A DNA stretch of 64,000 nt from Squalus acanthias (lineage: Eukaryota), in the NCBI GenBank assembly GCA_030390025.1, contig CM059432.1, positions 113,152,001 through 113,216,000 of the forward strand, given 5' to 3'. Made by a program: the position numbers and the translations under genes. The notes beneath the pieces were generated by a model that was not told the DNA's origin, ran no database searches, and saw only the letters and a list, made by a program, of their open reading frames with translations. Numbering within the stretch: position 1 is the stretch's first letter; each line of letters begins with the position of its first letter. Positions 11,655 to 24,793 of this stretch are shown in pieces.

Positions 11655-12830
11655 ATGGGGCTGTACTGGCACTGGACCTCGCCCTCCAGCGTCACCGTCG
11701 GAGGCAGTGGAGCCAGAGAGAAAGATTGCAAAATGTGGCCAGAGGGAGGAGGGCCCACAGGGGTCTCAACAGGAGACTTTACCCTCCCAGGGAATTCCGG
11801 GAGCAGTTCTCCTACATTCATCTGTCAGAGGAGCAGTGCCTTAGAAGGCTCCGCTTCAGCAAGGAGGTGGTCACAGAGCTCTGCCACCTCCTGCAGCCAG
11901 AGCTCCAACTTCAGCTCAGGACCAGGTCATCTCTCTGTGGCAGTGAAGGTCACAGTCGCTCTCAATTTCTACGCCAGCGGCTCATTCCAGGCTTCAACAG
12001 GGGAAATTGCAAACATTTCACAGTTCGCCGTCCATTGCTGTATCCAGGAGGTAACAGATGCTCTCTACAGAAGGAGAAGGGAGTACATCTCATTCCCCAT
12101 GACCAGAGACAAACAGCATGAACACTCATGTGGCTTTGCAAGGATAGCGGGCTTCCCCATGGTTCAGGGCGCCATTGACTGCACCCACATGGCATTGCGG
12201 GCACCTCATCACAATGCAGAGGTGCTCCGCAACCGCAAAGGCTTCCACTCTCTGAACGTGCAGTTGGTGTGTGACCACAGACAGCGCATCCTCACCATCA
12301 ATGCCCGCTATCCTGGCAGCAGCCACGGTGCATTCATCCTACGACAGACTGGTGTCCCAGCACTGTTCCAACCACCACATGAAGCTCGCGGCTGGCTGCT
12401 CGGAGACAAGGGTTATCCACTCGCCACCTGGCTGATGACAACCCTCCGCAACCCCAACACTCCTGCTCAGCATGCATACGATGAGAGCCATAGTGCCACC
12501 AGGAACCTGATCGAACAGACTATCGGGCTGCTAAAGCAACGGTTCCGCTGCCTTGACCACTCTGGAGGAGCCCTGCAGTACTCCCCTGATCGAGTCTCCC
12601 TTTTCATCGTTGTGTGCTGCATGCTGCACAACCTGGCCATTCTGAGGACCCAGCCATTGCCACCAGGGATTGCAGGTCCACCCCAGGAGGAGGAAGAGGG
12701 ACAGGAGGAGGAGGAGGCAAAGGTGAAGGATGAAGAGGAGGAGGAGCAGTACCAACGTAGGAGGGAGCCACTCAATGTTGCTTCTGCAAGGGCCGGTCAT
12801 GAACGCCTCATTACACAGCGCTTCCAATAA
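11655..12830 (+). pseudogene. Harbinger (HARBI1-like) DDE transposase with two frameshifts and a catalytic D>G change
   Basis: Motifs [29 protein letters not shown] (normally HD), [25 protein letters not shown]; the N-terminal region (LSEEQCLRRLRFSKE) lies in another frame (ORF 11726). Confidence 0.9.
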
Positions 12831-13070
12831 ATGAGACAGCACATGGAGTTTGTGCAGAACAACCACATCATTACATCCCGCTCGCAGCCCCTATCACTGG
12901 GCAAAATTCAAATGAGAAACATCACAAAATGTGTAATGTCAAATTAACAATTTATTATCGAACACAACTCTCTTATGAAACACAACTATTCATAAAGAAA
13001 CACAACAATATATTTACAAACACATCAATTTATTAACACACACTACCCCCATTTGCTAATAAAGTATTCT

Positions 13071-14976
13071 TTACTCGCCCTTCCTTGATGATTTCCCTCC
13101 CCTTCGCAATTTCCCCCTCCCAACCCTACTGCTCCTCCATAATGTGGCCCCAGTGGCTGCAGCAAGGCTGGTGGAAGGCTGCTGAGTCTGGGAGCCAAAG
13201 ACTGCAGATAGCCTTGCAGGACGCCCTCGACCAGCTCTGGGCCTGGAGGGCCCGGCTGCAGACTGCACCAACCTCAGCATGGGCGGCAGCAGTCTGGGAG
13301 GGTTGGATTACAGGCTGCGGCAAGTGCAATGGCGGAGTGGCTGTGGTGTGAGCAGGAATGCAGTCATCCTGAGAAAGGACAGCACCTTCCTGCTTGACTG
13401 ACACACTGCCAGTCCCCCAGGGCAGTACCTCAGCATCCGGAGCAATCTGCTCGAGCACAGATTGCTGGCCTGCTGCGGCACCGTGAGATCCCCGGTGGAC
13501 CGTGGGTGACCCAGCGACGATGGCAGCAGTCAGCACTTGCGTGGCATCAATCTGAGACTGCATGAGAGCAGTCTGAAACCGGATGGCACCAGCCAATGAC
13601 TCGATTCCAGCACTAAGTCATTGCGTTGCTTCGGCCTGGGCTGCAATAGCTGCTGCCACCTCACCCATGACACGCGGCATGAGGTCTGGGTCCCCACGGT
13701 CTCTCTGCGAGTCGACCATCCTCTGCAAAGTGCCAAGGATGGGCTCGATGGTTTGCGCAGAGATGAGTGCAATGCTGGAGGTGGACTCCTCCACGCTCCT
13801 AGCCAGTGCATCCATGCTCTCGGGCACCCTTGCCATTGCACCCAGGATCTTGGTGCGCATGCTGATCACCTGTGTGGTCATCGTTTCCACATTGAGGTCC
13901 TCCTCCGAGTCCTGTGCAGCAGAACTTGTGCGTGCACTCACCCTCCGGGGAGATGGCCCCCGAGCTTCCTTTTCCCCGTGGCGTTGCTGCAGCCGCTGGG
14001 TCCCGGAGCTTCAAACATCAGACCCATGTACTAGGCTCCCCTCCAGCGACTGCGTGGCCCCATTATCGGACCTAGCGCCTTCGGGAGACACAGGCAGTGA
14101 GGCTCTGGCTTGTTTTCCTCCTCCTCTCATTGCGTCGCTGTCACTTGGGAGGTTGAGGGACAGGCTGGTCATGTGGTGGCTGATTATCTGAAAGCATAAA
14201 GGCACAAGAGTGGGGTTAAGATCAGTGGAGGGGGACAGGAAGGGAGCAAGGAATGGAGACAGTATACTTAGACGGAAAGTGGGAAGGGCTTGCGGTGTGA
14301 GGGGGAAGTGGTATAAGAGAGGAGGGAGCGGTGATGAACATATCGTTGTTGTCCCCAAGGGGGTCGACGTCTCCGACAGCCACAGTGCCCATGACCTGGG
14401 CGGCAATTATGCAGCCCACTCACTCCTCCAGGTCTGTAAGAGGGTGCAGCTCTGCCTCCCCTCCTCCCGTTCGTACCTGCTCCCTCCTGTTGTGAGCAAG
14501 CTTGGCCTCCAAGAAAAAGGAGAGCGTGTGAGTGAGTGTGCAGCTATGTGCTTGGCATATGTGCCTACCATAGTTGAATAGCTGTTAATGTATGCAAGGC
14601 GTGAGATGTATAGGTCACTTTTAGTAGGTGGGCATAGTAGGTGGGTGAGTGTTGGGTATGTGGCGGTTTCCACAGTATGCGCACAGAGTGAGGTTGAGAA
14701 TGTGGCATGTTGAGGTTTTTGAAGCATGTACTCACCCTGACCACCAGAGTGAGGTCGTTGAATTTCTTCCGGCACTGTGTCGGAGTTCTGGGGGCACACT
14801 TCTGGCTGACACGTGCTGGGCGACCTCCCTCCAATTCCTCCCAAAGGCCTGTGGTAATGGCCTCCTGCCAGTGTCCAGGAAGAGCACGGCCCATCAGCGT
14901 TCCACGCTGCGACCAGAGCCTCCAAGGCGTGGTCGCTGAACTGGCGAGCTCTCTCTCTGAGCCTCTGATCAGCCAT
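13071..14976 (-). pseudogene. Harbinger Myb/SANT-like DNA-binding protein, 3 exons, disrupted
   Basis: RERARQFSDHALEALV and PRTPTQCRKKFNDL then GTGAGT donor at ~14735; exon 2 AKLAHNRREQVRTGGG; long exon 3 with stops and frameshifts. Confidence 0.8.
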
Positions 14977-15308
14977 CAGTTGCTTGAATGATGGTTTGCA
15001 GCGCCTTGCAGGCCCAGTTCACAAGCAGCAATGATCAGAGTGAGACTGTGCAGCATGATTGGCTTTCCCCTTTAAGAACTGAAAGGCACCAGTCTGGCTG
15101 AGGACTCTAATTGACAGCAGCAGAATTTGATTAGCGCTCTGAAGGTAGCGCGCCACTCTGCGACGTTAGCGCCCTAAGAGAAGTGTGTAGTGCTTGATTT
15201 AGCGCTCCACTTCCCTCTTGGGGCGCTAAAACTCAATTTTGCATTTACCAGCGCTAACGCCCAGGCAATGTTAGCGCCCCAAAATGGTCAATACCGAATT
15301 TTCCCCCC

Positions 15309-16270
15309 CAACATTCTATTGACCTTTTTGATTACTTTTTGCTCCTGTGCACTAGCTTTTAGAGACTTGTTTACATGGACACCCAAATCCCTTTGCTCCT
15401 CCACAGCTCCTAGTCCCTCACGATTAAGAAACTATTCTGATTTGTTTTTCTTGGATCCAAAGAGAATGGCCTCATACTTCCCCACATTGAACTCCATCTG
15501 CCATAGTTTTGTCCACTCACTTAATTTGTCTATGTCTTTGACCCTTTATAATTTCTTACTCCAATCTACACAATTTATTATGCCTGCTAACTGTCATCTG
15601 CAAACAACTTCCTATTCCTTCAACCAAGTCATATATATGTTGAAAATTTGTGGTCCAAGTATAGACTCTGGGGAACACCACTTGACAAATTCCACCAATC
15701 AAAGAGCATTCCTTTATGCCTACCTTCTGTCTCCTACCTCCCAACCAATTACCAACCAAAGTCACCAGGTTGCCTCCAATTCCATGCGCTCTCATTTTTG
15801 CCAATAATCTCTTGTGCAGAACCTTATCAACTTGCTTCTGAGAATCCATATAGACAAAATTCATAGTCACTTGCTGATCCACCATTCTAGTGACCACCTC
15901 AAAAAATTAAACTAGATTAGTCAGACATAACCTACCCTTCATAAATCCATACTGACTCTCGATCAGCTGATAGTTGTCCAAATGCTCAGTCACTATCTGT
16001 GATGATAGTTTAACATGTGGGGAAGTTACTGGAATCTGAGAGGTCTGTAGTTACCTGATCTCTCCCTCCCTTCATTCCTAAATAATGGAGTGAAATTTGC
16101 ACGTTTTCAATCCATAGGCACAATTTCTGAATATAGAGAGGTTTGGAAAATTATAAGAATACATCTGCAATTTTCTCACATTTTTCTTTTAATACCTGGG
16201 GGTACAAACATTCAAGTCCTCAAGATTTATCTATCTTAAGTCCCATAATTTTCTCCATTACCATTTTTTT
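15309..16270 (-). mobile_element. Degraded CR1 RT fragment
   Basis: ORF 15556-15897 VYMDSQKQVDKVLHKRLLAKMRAHGIGGN. Confidence 0.85.
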
Positions 16271-16344
16271 TTGCTAATATTAAATCCACTAAGCAAAGGG
16301 TGATGGATGTTTTTCACTCGGGGTGGTTTGCCCTATTATCTCCT

Positions 16345-16445
16345 TATGTGGCTCGGTGGCAAATTTTGTTTGATAACGCTCCTGTGAAGTACCCTGGGAC
16401 GTTTTACTACGTTAAAGGTGCTATATAAATACAAGTTGTTGTTTT
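16345..16445 (+). mobile_element. L2-type 3' tail fragment
   Basis: gtggctcggt...ttttactacgttaaaggtgctatataaatacaagttgttg, same tail as the L2 at 61180-62110. Confidence 0.7.
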
Positions 16446-16449
16446 TGTC

Positions 16450-16940
16450 TATGCCCCTAACTATCGAATCCCCTATGACTACTGCATTTCTACTTTTTTT
16501 CCCCCCTGTGTGCAGTCAAATCTCCTATGTTGCCAGGGGTTTGATTGATTCTTACTTCATTCGTCCAAGGAGTTGTCACCCTCCCCGGTATTCAAAACGG
16601 AAAACCGGTTAGCGAGCGCCACTGGCTTGGGGGATTCCTGCGCTAACTGTGCCTTCCTCCTACCCTGTCTGGTGGTCACCCATTCCCTCCCCTCCTGCAC
16701 CTTCTGTGGCAGTGGGGTGACCACACCCTGGCTTGTACGTTCAATGAAACGCTCAGTCTCCCGGGTGCATTGCAGTGATTCAAGTGCCCCTCAAACTCCA
16801 AAACTTGGAGCTTGAGCTCAAGCAACTGGCCGCACCTTCTGCACACATGGTTATCCAGGATGCGTGAAGCATCCCGGAGTTCCCACGTGGAACAGTATGT
16901 GAATGCAGTGAGTCCCCACTGGCCTGCCATGGTAGTCAAT
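16450..16940 (-). mobile_element. CR1 ORF1 fragment (zinc finger/leucine zipper part)
   Basis: YCSTWEL...HVCRRCGQLLELKLQVLEFE in ORF 16676-16978. Confidence 0.65.
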
Positions 16941-16964
16941 GCACTGACCTCTAAATCACTTCTT

Positions 16965-17245
16965 TGAATACTTCCCACCGTTTGTCTGTAGGTTTACCCA
17001 TTAACTGTTCAGCCCAGCTTACTACAGTCAATTCATTTCTTAACCCTTCAAAGATTGTCTTGCTTAAATTTGAAACTGGAGTTTGGAACTCTCCCTTCTC
17101 ACTCTCAAATAAAATATCAAATTCAATCATGTGATGATCACTATTTGCAGAAAGTTCCTTTAACGTTAGATTGTTAACTATTTCTGGCTCATTATTGAAC
17201 ACTAAATTTAATATGGCCTGTTCCCTTGTTGGTTCTAAAACATAT
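16965..17245 (-). mobile_element. CR1 endonuclease fragment
   Basis: QYVLEPTREQAILNLV...SDHHMIEF. Confidence 0.8.
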
Positions 17246-17750
17246 TGGGGTAGCAATTGGTCACCTTTGTGCCCACTTTCGAGACAGAAAATGGGGGCAA
17301 AAATTACCAATTTTGCAGGGCTCTGCCCTGCGCCCCCAAGGACACCTGACCATGTTGGCCTTGGACAATTTTCAGGCGTCCAGACGTGATCCCCCTTACC
17401 TATGTTAATGAGGAGCCTGTTTTAGGATCCTTCTGAGAGACTGAGTTGCTCAGGTCCACTCAAATTTTCCAGGTGTGGATGCTGGCTAGCAAATGGCCAC
17501 CACCAAAAAGGTAAGTTTAATTTTTTTAATTCATGTGGAACCAGGAGGGGAAGGGGTGCTCCACCCAGCTCCACAACAGTCCTTATTCTGAAATGGGCGA
17601 GTTGTTTGTGGAGGCGTGATAGATGCAGGCAGCTCGGCAAACTTATTGAAATGAGGTCCCAGACCCAATTCTTGGCCAACCTCGGGCCTTTAAGTTGGGA
17701 TGCACACTGTCTGGGCAGTGCTGACTCTGGGTCCAAAAACAGTCCTAAAT
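17246..17750. mobile_element. Partial Harbinger-type MITE
   Basis: Begins ggggtagcaattgg (TIR-like) and interrupts a CR1; other end not found. Confidence 0.4.
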
Positions 17751-17756
17751 GAATTT

Positions 17757-20700
17757 ACATACGAACATACGAATTAGGAGCAGGAGTAGGCCACTCGGCC
17801 CTTCGAGCCTGCTCCGCCATTCAATAAGATCATGGCTGATCTGATTACTCCACATTCCCGCCTACCCAGATAACCTTTCACCCCCTTGCTTATCAAGAAT
17901 CTATCTACCTCTGCCTTAAAAATATTCAAAGGCTCTGCTTCCACGCCCTCTGAGGAAGAGAGTTCCAAAGACTCACGACCCTCTGAGGAAAAAATTCTCC
18001 TCATCTCTGTCTTAAATGGACAACCCCTTATTTTTAAACAGTGACCCCTAGTTCTAGATTCTCCCACAAAAGGAAACATCCTCTCCACATCCACCCTGTC
18101 CAGACCGCTCAGGATCTTATATGTTTCAGTCAAGTCACCTCTTACTCTTCTAAACTCCAACGGATACAAGCCTAGCCTGTCCAACTTTTCCTCATAAGAC
18201 AACCCACCCATTCCAGGTATTAGTCTAGTAAACCTTCTCTGAACTGCTTCCATCGCATCTACATCTGTCCTTAAATAAGGAAAACAATACGGTACACAGT
18301 ACTCCAGGTGTGGTTTCACCAATGCCCTGTACAACTGAAGCATAACCTCCCTTCTTTTGTATTCAATTCCCCTTGCAATAAACGATAACATTCTATTAGC
18401 TTTCCTAATTACTTGCTGTACCTGCATACTAACCTTTTGCGATTCATGCACTAGGATACCCAGATCCCTCTGCATCTCAAAGCTCTGCAATCTCTCACCA
18501 TTTAGATAATATGCTTCTTTTTTATTCTTCCTGCCAAAATGGACAATTTCACATTTTCCCACATTATACTCCATTTGCCAGATCTTTGCCCACTCACTTA
18601 ACCGATCTATATCCCTTTGTAGCCTCCTTATGTCCTCTTCACAATTTACTTTCCTACCTATCGTTGTGTCATCAGCAAATTTAGCAACTATACCTTCGGT
18701 CCTTTCATCCAAGTCATTTATATAAATTGTAAAAAATTGAGGCCCCAGCACACCACTCGTTACATTTTGCCAACCAGAAAATGACCCATTTGTGCCTACT
18801 CTCGGTTTCCTGTTAGCTAGCCAATCTTCTATCCATGCCAATATGTTACCCCTTTTATTTTCCGCAATAACCTTTGATGTGGCACCTTATCAAATGCTTT
18901 CTGGAAATCTAAGTACAGTACATCCACCGGTTCCCCTTTATCCACAGCACATGTTACTTCCTCAAAGAACTCCAATAAATTGGTTAAACATGATTTCCCT
19001 TTCACAAAACCATGTTGATTCTGCCTGATTACCTTGAACTTTTCTAAGTGCCCTGCTATAATGTCTTTAATAATAGCTTCTAACATCTTCCCTATGACAG
19101 ATGTTAAGCTAACTGGCCTGTAGTTTCCTGCTTTCTGTCTCCCTCCCTTTTTGAATAAAGGAGTTACATTCGCTATTTTCCAATCTAATGGAACGTTCCC
19201 CGAATATAGGGAATTTTGGAAAATTAAAACCAACGCATCGACTATCTCACTAGCCACTTCTTTTAAGACCCTAGGATGAAGTCCATCAGGACCCAAGGAC
19301 TTGTCAGCCTGCAGCTCCAACAATTTGCTCAGTACCACTTCCCTGGTGATTGTAATTTTCTTGAGTTCCTCCCTCCCTTCCATTTCCTGATTTACAGCTA
19401 TTTCTGGGATGTTACTTGTATCCTCTATAGTGAAGACGGATGCAAAATACCTGTTCAATTCAACTGCCACCTCCTTATTTTCAATTATTAATTCCCCAGA
19501 CTCACTTTCTATAGGACCAATGCTCACTTTGTTAACTCTTTTCTTTTTTAAATATCTATAGACACTCTTACTATCTGTTTTTATATTTCTAGCTAGCTTT
19601 CTCTCGTACTCTAATTTTTCTCTCCTTATTAATCTTTTAGTCATTCTTTGCTGTTTTTTATATTCTGTCCAATCTTCTGACCTGCCACCCATCTTTGCGC
19701 AATTATATGCTTTTTCTTTATGTTTGATACTATCTTTAACTTTTTTAGTTAACCACGGATGGTGGGTCCTCCCCTTGGAATTTTTCTTTCTCGTTGGAAT
19801 GTATATATTCTGTGTATTCTGAAATATCCCTAAATGTCTGCCACTGCAATTCTATTGACCTATCCCTTAACCTAGTTTGCCAGTTCACGTTAGCTAGCTC
19901 TGCTTTCATGCCCTCATAATTGCCCTTATTTATGTTTAAAATACTAGTCTTGGACCCACTCTTCTCTCCCTCAAACTGAATGTAAAATTCAATCATATTA
20001 TGATAGCTGCTACCTAGCGGCGCCTTCACTATGAGGTCATTAATTAATCCTATCTCGTTGCACAATACCAGGTCTAGTATAGCCTGCTCTCTGGTTGGCT
20101 CCAGAACCTGCTGTTCTAAGAAACTATCCCGAAAACATTCTATGAACTACTCATCTAGGCTACCTTTGTCCATCTGATTTTTCCAGTCTATATGTAGATT
20201 AAAATCCCCCCTGATTATTGCCGTAGCTTTCTGACAAGCTCCCATTATTTCTTCCTTTATACTCCATCCTACCATGTGGTTACTGTTAGGGGGCCTGTAT
20301 ACCACTCCCACAAGTGACTTCTTGCCTTCATAATTTCTCATCTCTACCCAAACCGCTTCTACATCCTGGTTTCCTGAACTTAGGTCATCCCTCTCTATTG
20401 TTCTAATACCATCATTAATTAACAGAGCCACCCCTCCACCTTTTCCTAGCTTCCTGTCCTTCCTAAATGTCATGTACCCTTCAATATTCAGGTCCCAATC
20501 TATGTCATCCTGCAGCCATGTTTCTGTAATGGTTATCAGATCGTATTTATTTATTTCTATTTGCGCTATCGGTTCATCTGTTTTGTTTCGAATGCTATGT
20601 GCATTCAGATGCAGAGCCTTTAGTTTTGTCCTTTTATTATTTTTGTAACCTCTAGCCTTATCTGTTGATTTACTCTTAGATTTGTACCCTCTATCCCTTC

Positions 20701-21453
20701 CTGTCACGGTCTGTTTATCATTTCCCATATTAATACCTGTCTCTCTTGCCTTGTCTCTACTCTTTGATTTACCACATCTTCCCAAATTTGATCCCTTGCC
20801 CCCACTATTTAGTTTAAAGCCCTCTCCACCACCCTAGTTATATGACTCACCAGAACACTGGTCCCAGCATGGTTCAGGTGAAGACTGTCCCAGCGATACA
20901 GATCCCACTTTCCCCAGTACTGGTGCCAGTGCCCCAGGAATCAAAATCCATTTCTCCCACACCAGTCTTGGAGCCACGCATTCATCTCTCTAATTTTATT
21001 TACCCTATGCCAATTTGATCGTGGCTCAGGTAATAATGCAGACATTATTACCCTTGAGGTTCTGCTTTTTAATTTAGCCCCTAGCTGCTCATACTCTCTC
21101 AGCAGAACCTCTTTCTAGTTCTACCTATGTTGTTGGTACCTACGTGGACCACGACCATTGGCTCCTCCCCCTCCCACTGCAAGTTCCTCTCCAGCCCAGA
21201 GCAGATGTCCCGAACCCTGGCACCAGGCAGGCAACACAGCCGTCTGGACTCTCACTCTTGTCTGCAGAGAACTGTATCTATCCCCCTGACTATGCTGTCC
21301 CCAATTACCACTACATTCCTATTAACTCCCTCCACTTGAATGGCTTCCTGTACGACGGTGCCATGGTCAGTTTGCTCATCCATCCTGCAGCCACCGCTTT
21401 CATCCATACAGGCCGCAAGAACCTCAAACCTGTTGGACAATTGCAAAGGCTGA
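17757..21453 (-). mobile_element. Near full-length CR1 LINE (ORF1 esterase, APE endonuclease, RT), frameshifted
   Basis: ORF1 VVVIGDSIVRG (SGNH/GDSL motif); [52 protein letters not shown]; (ttcgtatg)n tail at 17757-17775. Confidence 0.95.
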
Positions 21454-22633
21454 GTGGTTTTAATGGGGGATTTTAACTTCCATATAGATTGGGGTAAGCA
21501 GACTAGCTCATGTCAGAAAGATAGCGACTTTCTTCTGTGTGCTTAGGATAGTTTTCTGCAACAATATGTCCTAGAACCAACAAGGGGGCATGCCATATTA
21601 GATTTAGTAATAAGTAATGAGCAAGATTTAGTTAACAGCCTAACAGTGGGTGAACATTTATCTAATACTGACCATAATATGATTGAGTTGAATGTTGTGT
21701 TTGAAAGGAAGAAACCCAAAACAGCTACTAAGGTTATAGTTTTAGGTAATGCAGAGTTTCAGGATGAGACAGAGACTGTCCACAGTAAACTGGGCAAATC
21801 TGTTAATGGGTAAAACAACAGAAGATCAGTGGGAGATGTTCAAAAAAGAATTTAACATGATACAGAACCAGTTTATACCCCTGAGGGGCAAGAGCACTAC
21901 TTTCCAAAAAAAACAGCCATGGACGACTAAAGAGGTAAGGGACAGCATAAAACTAAAAGATAAAGCATAGAAGAATGCAAAAAATAGCACAGATCCTGGT
22001 GAATGGGAGAAATACAAAGAACAGCAAAGGGTCACAAAAAAGATAGTAAGAGCTACAAAAAGGAGTATGAAAAGAAACTTGCAAGGGATTTCAAAATCAT
22101 CACTTTTTTTTACAATTATATTGGGGAAAAGAGGATGGTCAGGATCAATGTGGGCTCCTTAAAAACTGATAATGACGATATTATAAATGGAAATAAGGAA
22201 ATGGCAGACATGTTAAATAATTACTTTGCATCAAGGAAACTAATATTGAATCAGGGACGGGGACTCACCAAAATTCACGTAAGCAAATTAAAAGTATTGA
22301 AGAAAATAATGGCACTAAAGAGTGAAAAATCCCCAGGACCAGATGGTTTCCATCCCAGAGTTTTAAAGGAAGTAGGTGAGCATATTGCAGATGTCCTAAC
22401 TATAATCTTCCAAATATCTTTCGATTCAGGAACCATTCCTTTAGATTGGAAAATTGGACATGTCACTCCACTATTTAAGAAAGGTGAGAGAGGGAAACCA
22501 GGGAATTATAAACCAGTTAGCCTAACATCTGTTGTCGGAAAATTACTAGAGTCTATAATCAAGGATAGGGTGACTGAACACCTTGAAAATTTTCAGTTGA
22601 TCAGAGAGAGCCAGCATGGATTTGTGAAAGGTA

Positions 22634-22845
22634 AAAAAATGAGAAGTCGCACAACACCAGGTTATAGTCCAACAGATTTATTTAAAATTACAAGCTTTCG
22701 GAGCTATCGATCGCCCCTTCTTCGGAAGAAGGGGCGATCGATAGCTCCGAAAGCTTGTAATTTTAAATAAATCTGTTGGACTATAACCTGGTGTTGTGCG
22801 ACTTCTCATTTTTGTCCACCCCAGTCCAATGCCGGCATCTCCGCA
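22634..22845. mobile_element. Young 212-bp palindromic Penelope pLTR-like insertion with hammerhead motif
   Basis: 12-bp TSD TTGTGAAAGGTA at 22622-22633 and 22846-22857; perfect inverted arms 22635-22723 and 22725-22813; each arm has GAAGA-A-GGGGC..GCTCC-GAAAGCTT. Confidence 0.85.
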
Positions 22846-23810
22846 TTGTGAAAGGTAGGTCATGCCTGACAAACCTGATTTTTTTGAAGAGGTGACTAAA
22901 GTAGTGGACAGGGGAATGTCTATTGGTGTTATTTATATGGACTTCCAGAAGGCATTCAATAAAGTTCCTCATTAGAGACTGTTAGCTAAAGTTGAAGCTC
23001 ATGAAATTGAGGGCAAATTATTGACCTGGTTAGGAAATTGGCTGCGCGACAGGAGACAGAGAGTAGGGATAATGGCCAGGTACTCAAATTGGCAAGATGT
23101 GACTAGTGGTATCCTACAGGGATCTGTGTTGGGGCCTCAATTATTCACAGTATTTATTAACGATGTAGATGATGGGATAGAGAGCCAAATATCCAAGTTT
23201 GCCGATGACACAAAGATAGGCATTGTAGGCAGTGTAGATGCAAGCATAAAATTACAAAGGGATATCAATAGATTAAGTGAATGGGCAAAACTGGTAAATT
23301 GATTTCAATCTAGGCAAGTGTGAGGTCATCCACTTTGGACTGAAAAAAGGATAGATCGGTGTACTTTCTAAAAGGTGAAAAGCTAGAAACAATGGAGGTC
23401 CAAAGAGACTTGGGGGTCCAGGTACATAGATCATTAAAATGTCATGGAAAGGTACAGAGAATAATCAAAAAAGTGAATGGAATACTGGCCTTTATATCTA
23501 GAGGACTGAAATACAAGGGAGTAGAAGTCATTCTACAGCTGTACAAAGCCCTGGTTAGACCACACCTGGACTGCTATGTTCCATTCTGGGCACCACACCT
23601 TAGGAAGAATATATTGGCCTTGGAGGGAGTGGAGCATAAATTTACCAGAATGATACCTGGACTCCAAAGTTTAAATTACGAGGAAAGATTACACAAACTA
23701 GGGTTGTATTCCCTGGAATATAGAAGGTTAAGGGGTGATTTGATCGAAGTTTTCAAGATATTAAGGGGAACTGATGGAGTAGATAGAGAGAAACTATTTC
23801 CGCTGGCTGG

Positions 23811-24160
23811 GTAGATGCTGAGAGGATGTTTCCCCTTGTGGGGGAATCTTGAACTAGAGGGCATAGATTCAGAATAAGGGTTTTCCATTTAAGATGGAGA
23901 TGAGGAGGAATTTCTTCTCTCAGAGGGTTGGGCATCTTTGGAATTCTCTACCCCAAAGAGCTGAGGAGACTGAGTCATTGACTATATTCAAGGCTGGGAT
24001 AGACAGATTTTTGAACTACAGGGGAGTCAAGGGTTATGTGGAACAGGCAGGAAAGTGGAGTTGAGGCCAAGATCAGATCAGCATGATCTTATTGAATGGC
24101 GGAGCAGGCTCGAGGGGCTGAATGGCCTACTCCTGCTCTTATTTCTTATGTTCTTATGTT
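23811..24160 (+). mobile_element. Short CR1 3' fragment nested in CR1
   Basis: Second copy of the RMFPLVGES-encoding region plus 3' stem-loop and ttcttatgttcttatg tail. Confidence 0.85.
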
Positions 24161-24356
24161 GGGAATTCCAGGACTAGGGGACATATGCTAAAAATTAGAG
24201 CCAGGCCTTTCAGGAGTGAAATTAGGAAACACTTCTACACACAAAGGGTGGTAGAAGTTTGAAACTCTCTTCCGTAAATGGAAATTGATGCTAGATCAAT
24301 TGTTAATTTTAAATCTGTGATTGATAGATTTTGTTAACCCAAGATATTAAGGGATA

Positions 24357-24793
24357 GAAACATAGAAACATAGAATCTAGGAGCAGGAGTAGGCCATTCG
24401 GCCCGTCGAGCCTGCTCCGCCATTCAATACGATCATGGCTGATCATCCAAATCCAGTACCCTGTCCCTGCTTTAATCCCCACAGTACACATATCCCACCC
24501 TACCCCCGTAACCCCACGTATTTAATTCCCCCTAACATATCCCATCCTAGCCCCATAACCCCACATATTTAATCCCCCCTAACACTAAGGGTCAATTTAT
24601 CATAGCCAAATCAACCTAACCCACACATTTTTGGACTGTGGGAGGAAACCGGAGCACCCGGAGGAAACCCACGCAGACACGGGGAGAATGTGCAAACTCC
24701 ACACAGACAGTCACCCGAGGTCAGATTCGAACCCGGGTCTCTGGCGCTGTGAGGCACCAGTGCTAACCACTATGCCACCGTGTTGCCACCGTG
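24357..24793 (-). mobile_element. Full-length tRNA-derived V-SINE (HE1-like) with CR1-type tail
   Basis: A box tggcatagtgg, B box gggttcgaatc, V-domain gtctgtgtggagtttgcacattctccccgtgtctgcgtgggtttcctccgggtgctccggtttcctcccacagtcc; CR1-like tail (tttctatg)n; 7-bp TSD AGGGATA at 24350-24356 and 24794-24800. Confidence 0.9.

Larger units (their letters stand above)
11192..15308. mobile_element. PIF/Harbinger transposon, near full length but decayed
   Basis: Convergent transposase (+) and Myb/SANT-like (-) genes; right TIR gaattttcccccc; 3-bp TSD CAA at 11189-11191 and 15309-15311; left terminal G-run missing. Confidence 0.9.

Noticed and set aside
13085..14581. Plus-strand ORFs overlapping the Myb gene, and similar antisense ORFs over LINEs and the Penelope ORF
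   Set aside because: Antisense shadows of GC-rich coding sequence without motifs
22678..22872. Identical peptide (MRSRTTPGYSPTDLFK...) on both strands
   Set aside because: Direct consequence of the DNA palindrome, not a gene
24700..24790. tRNA gene
   Set aside because: The A/B boxes are the head of a SINE continuing into a V-domain and LINE tail; the same applies to the head at 10050-10117
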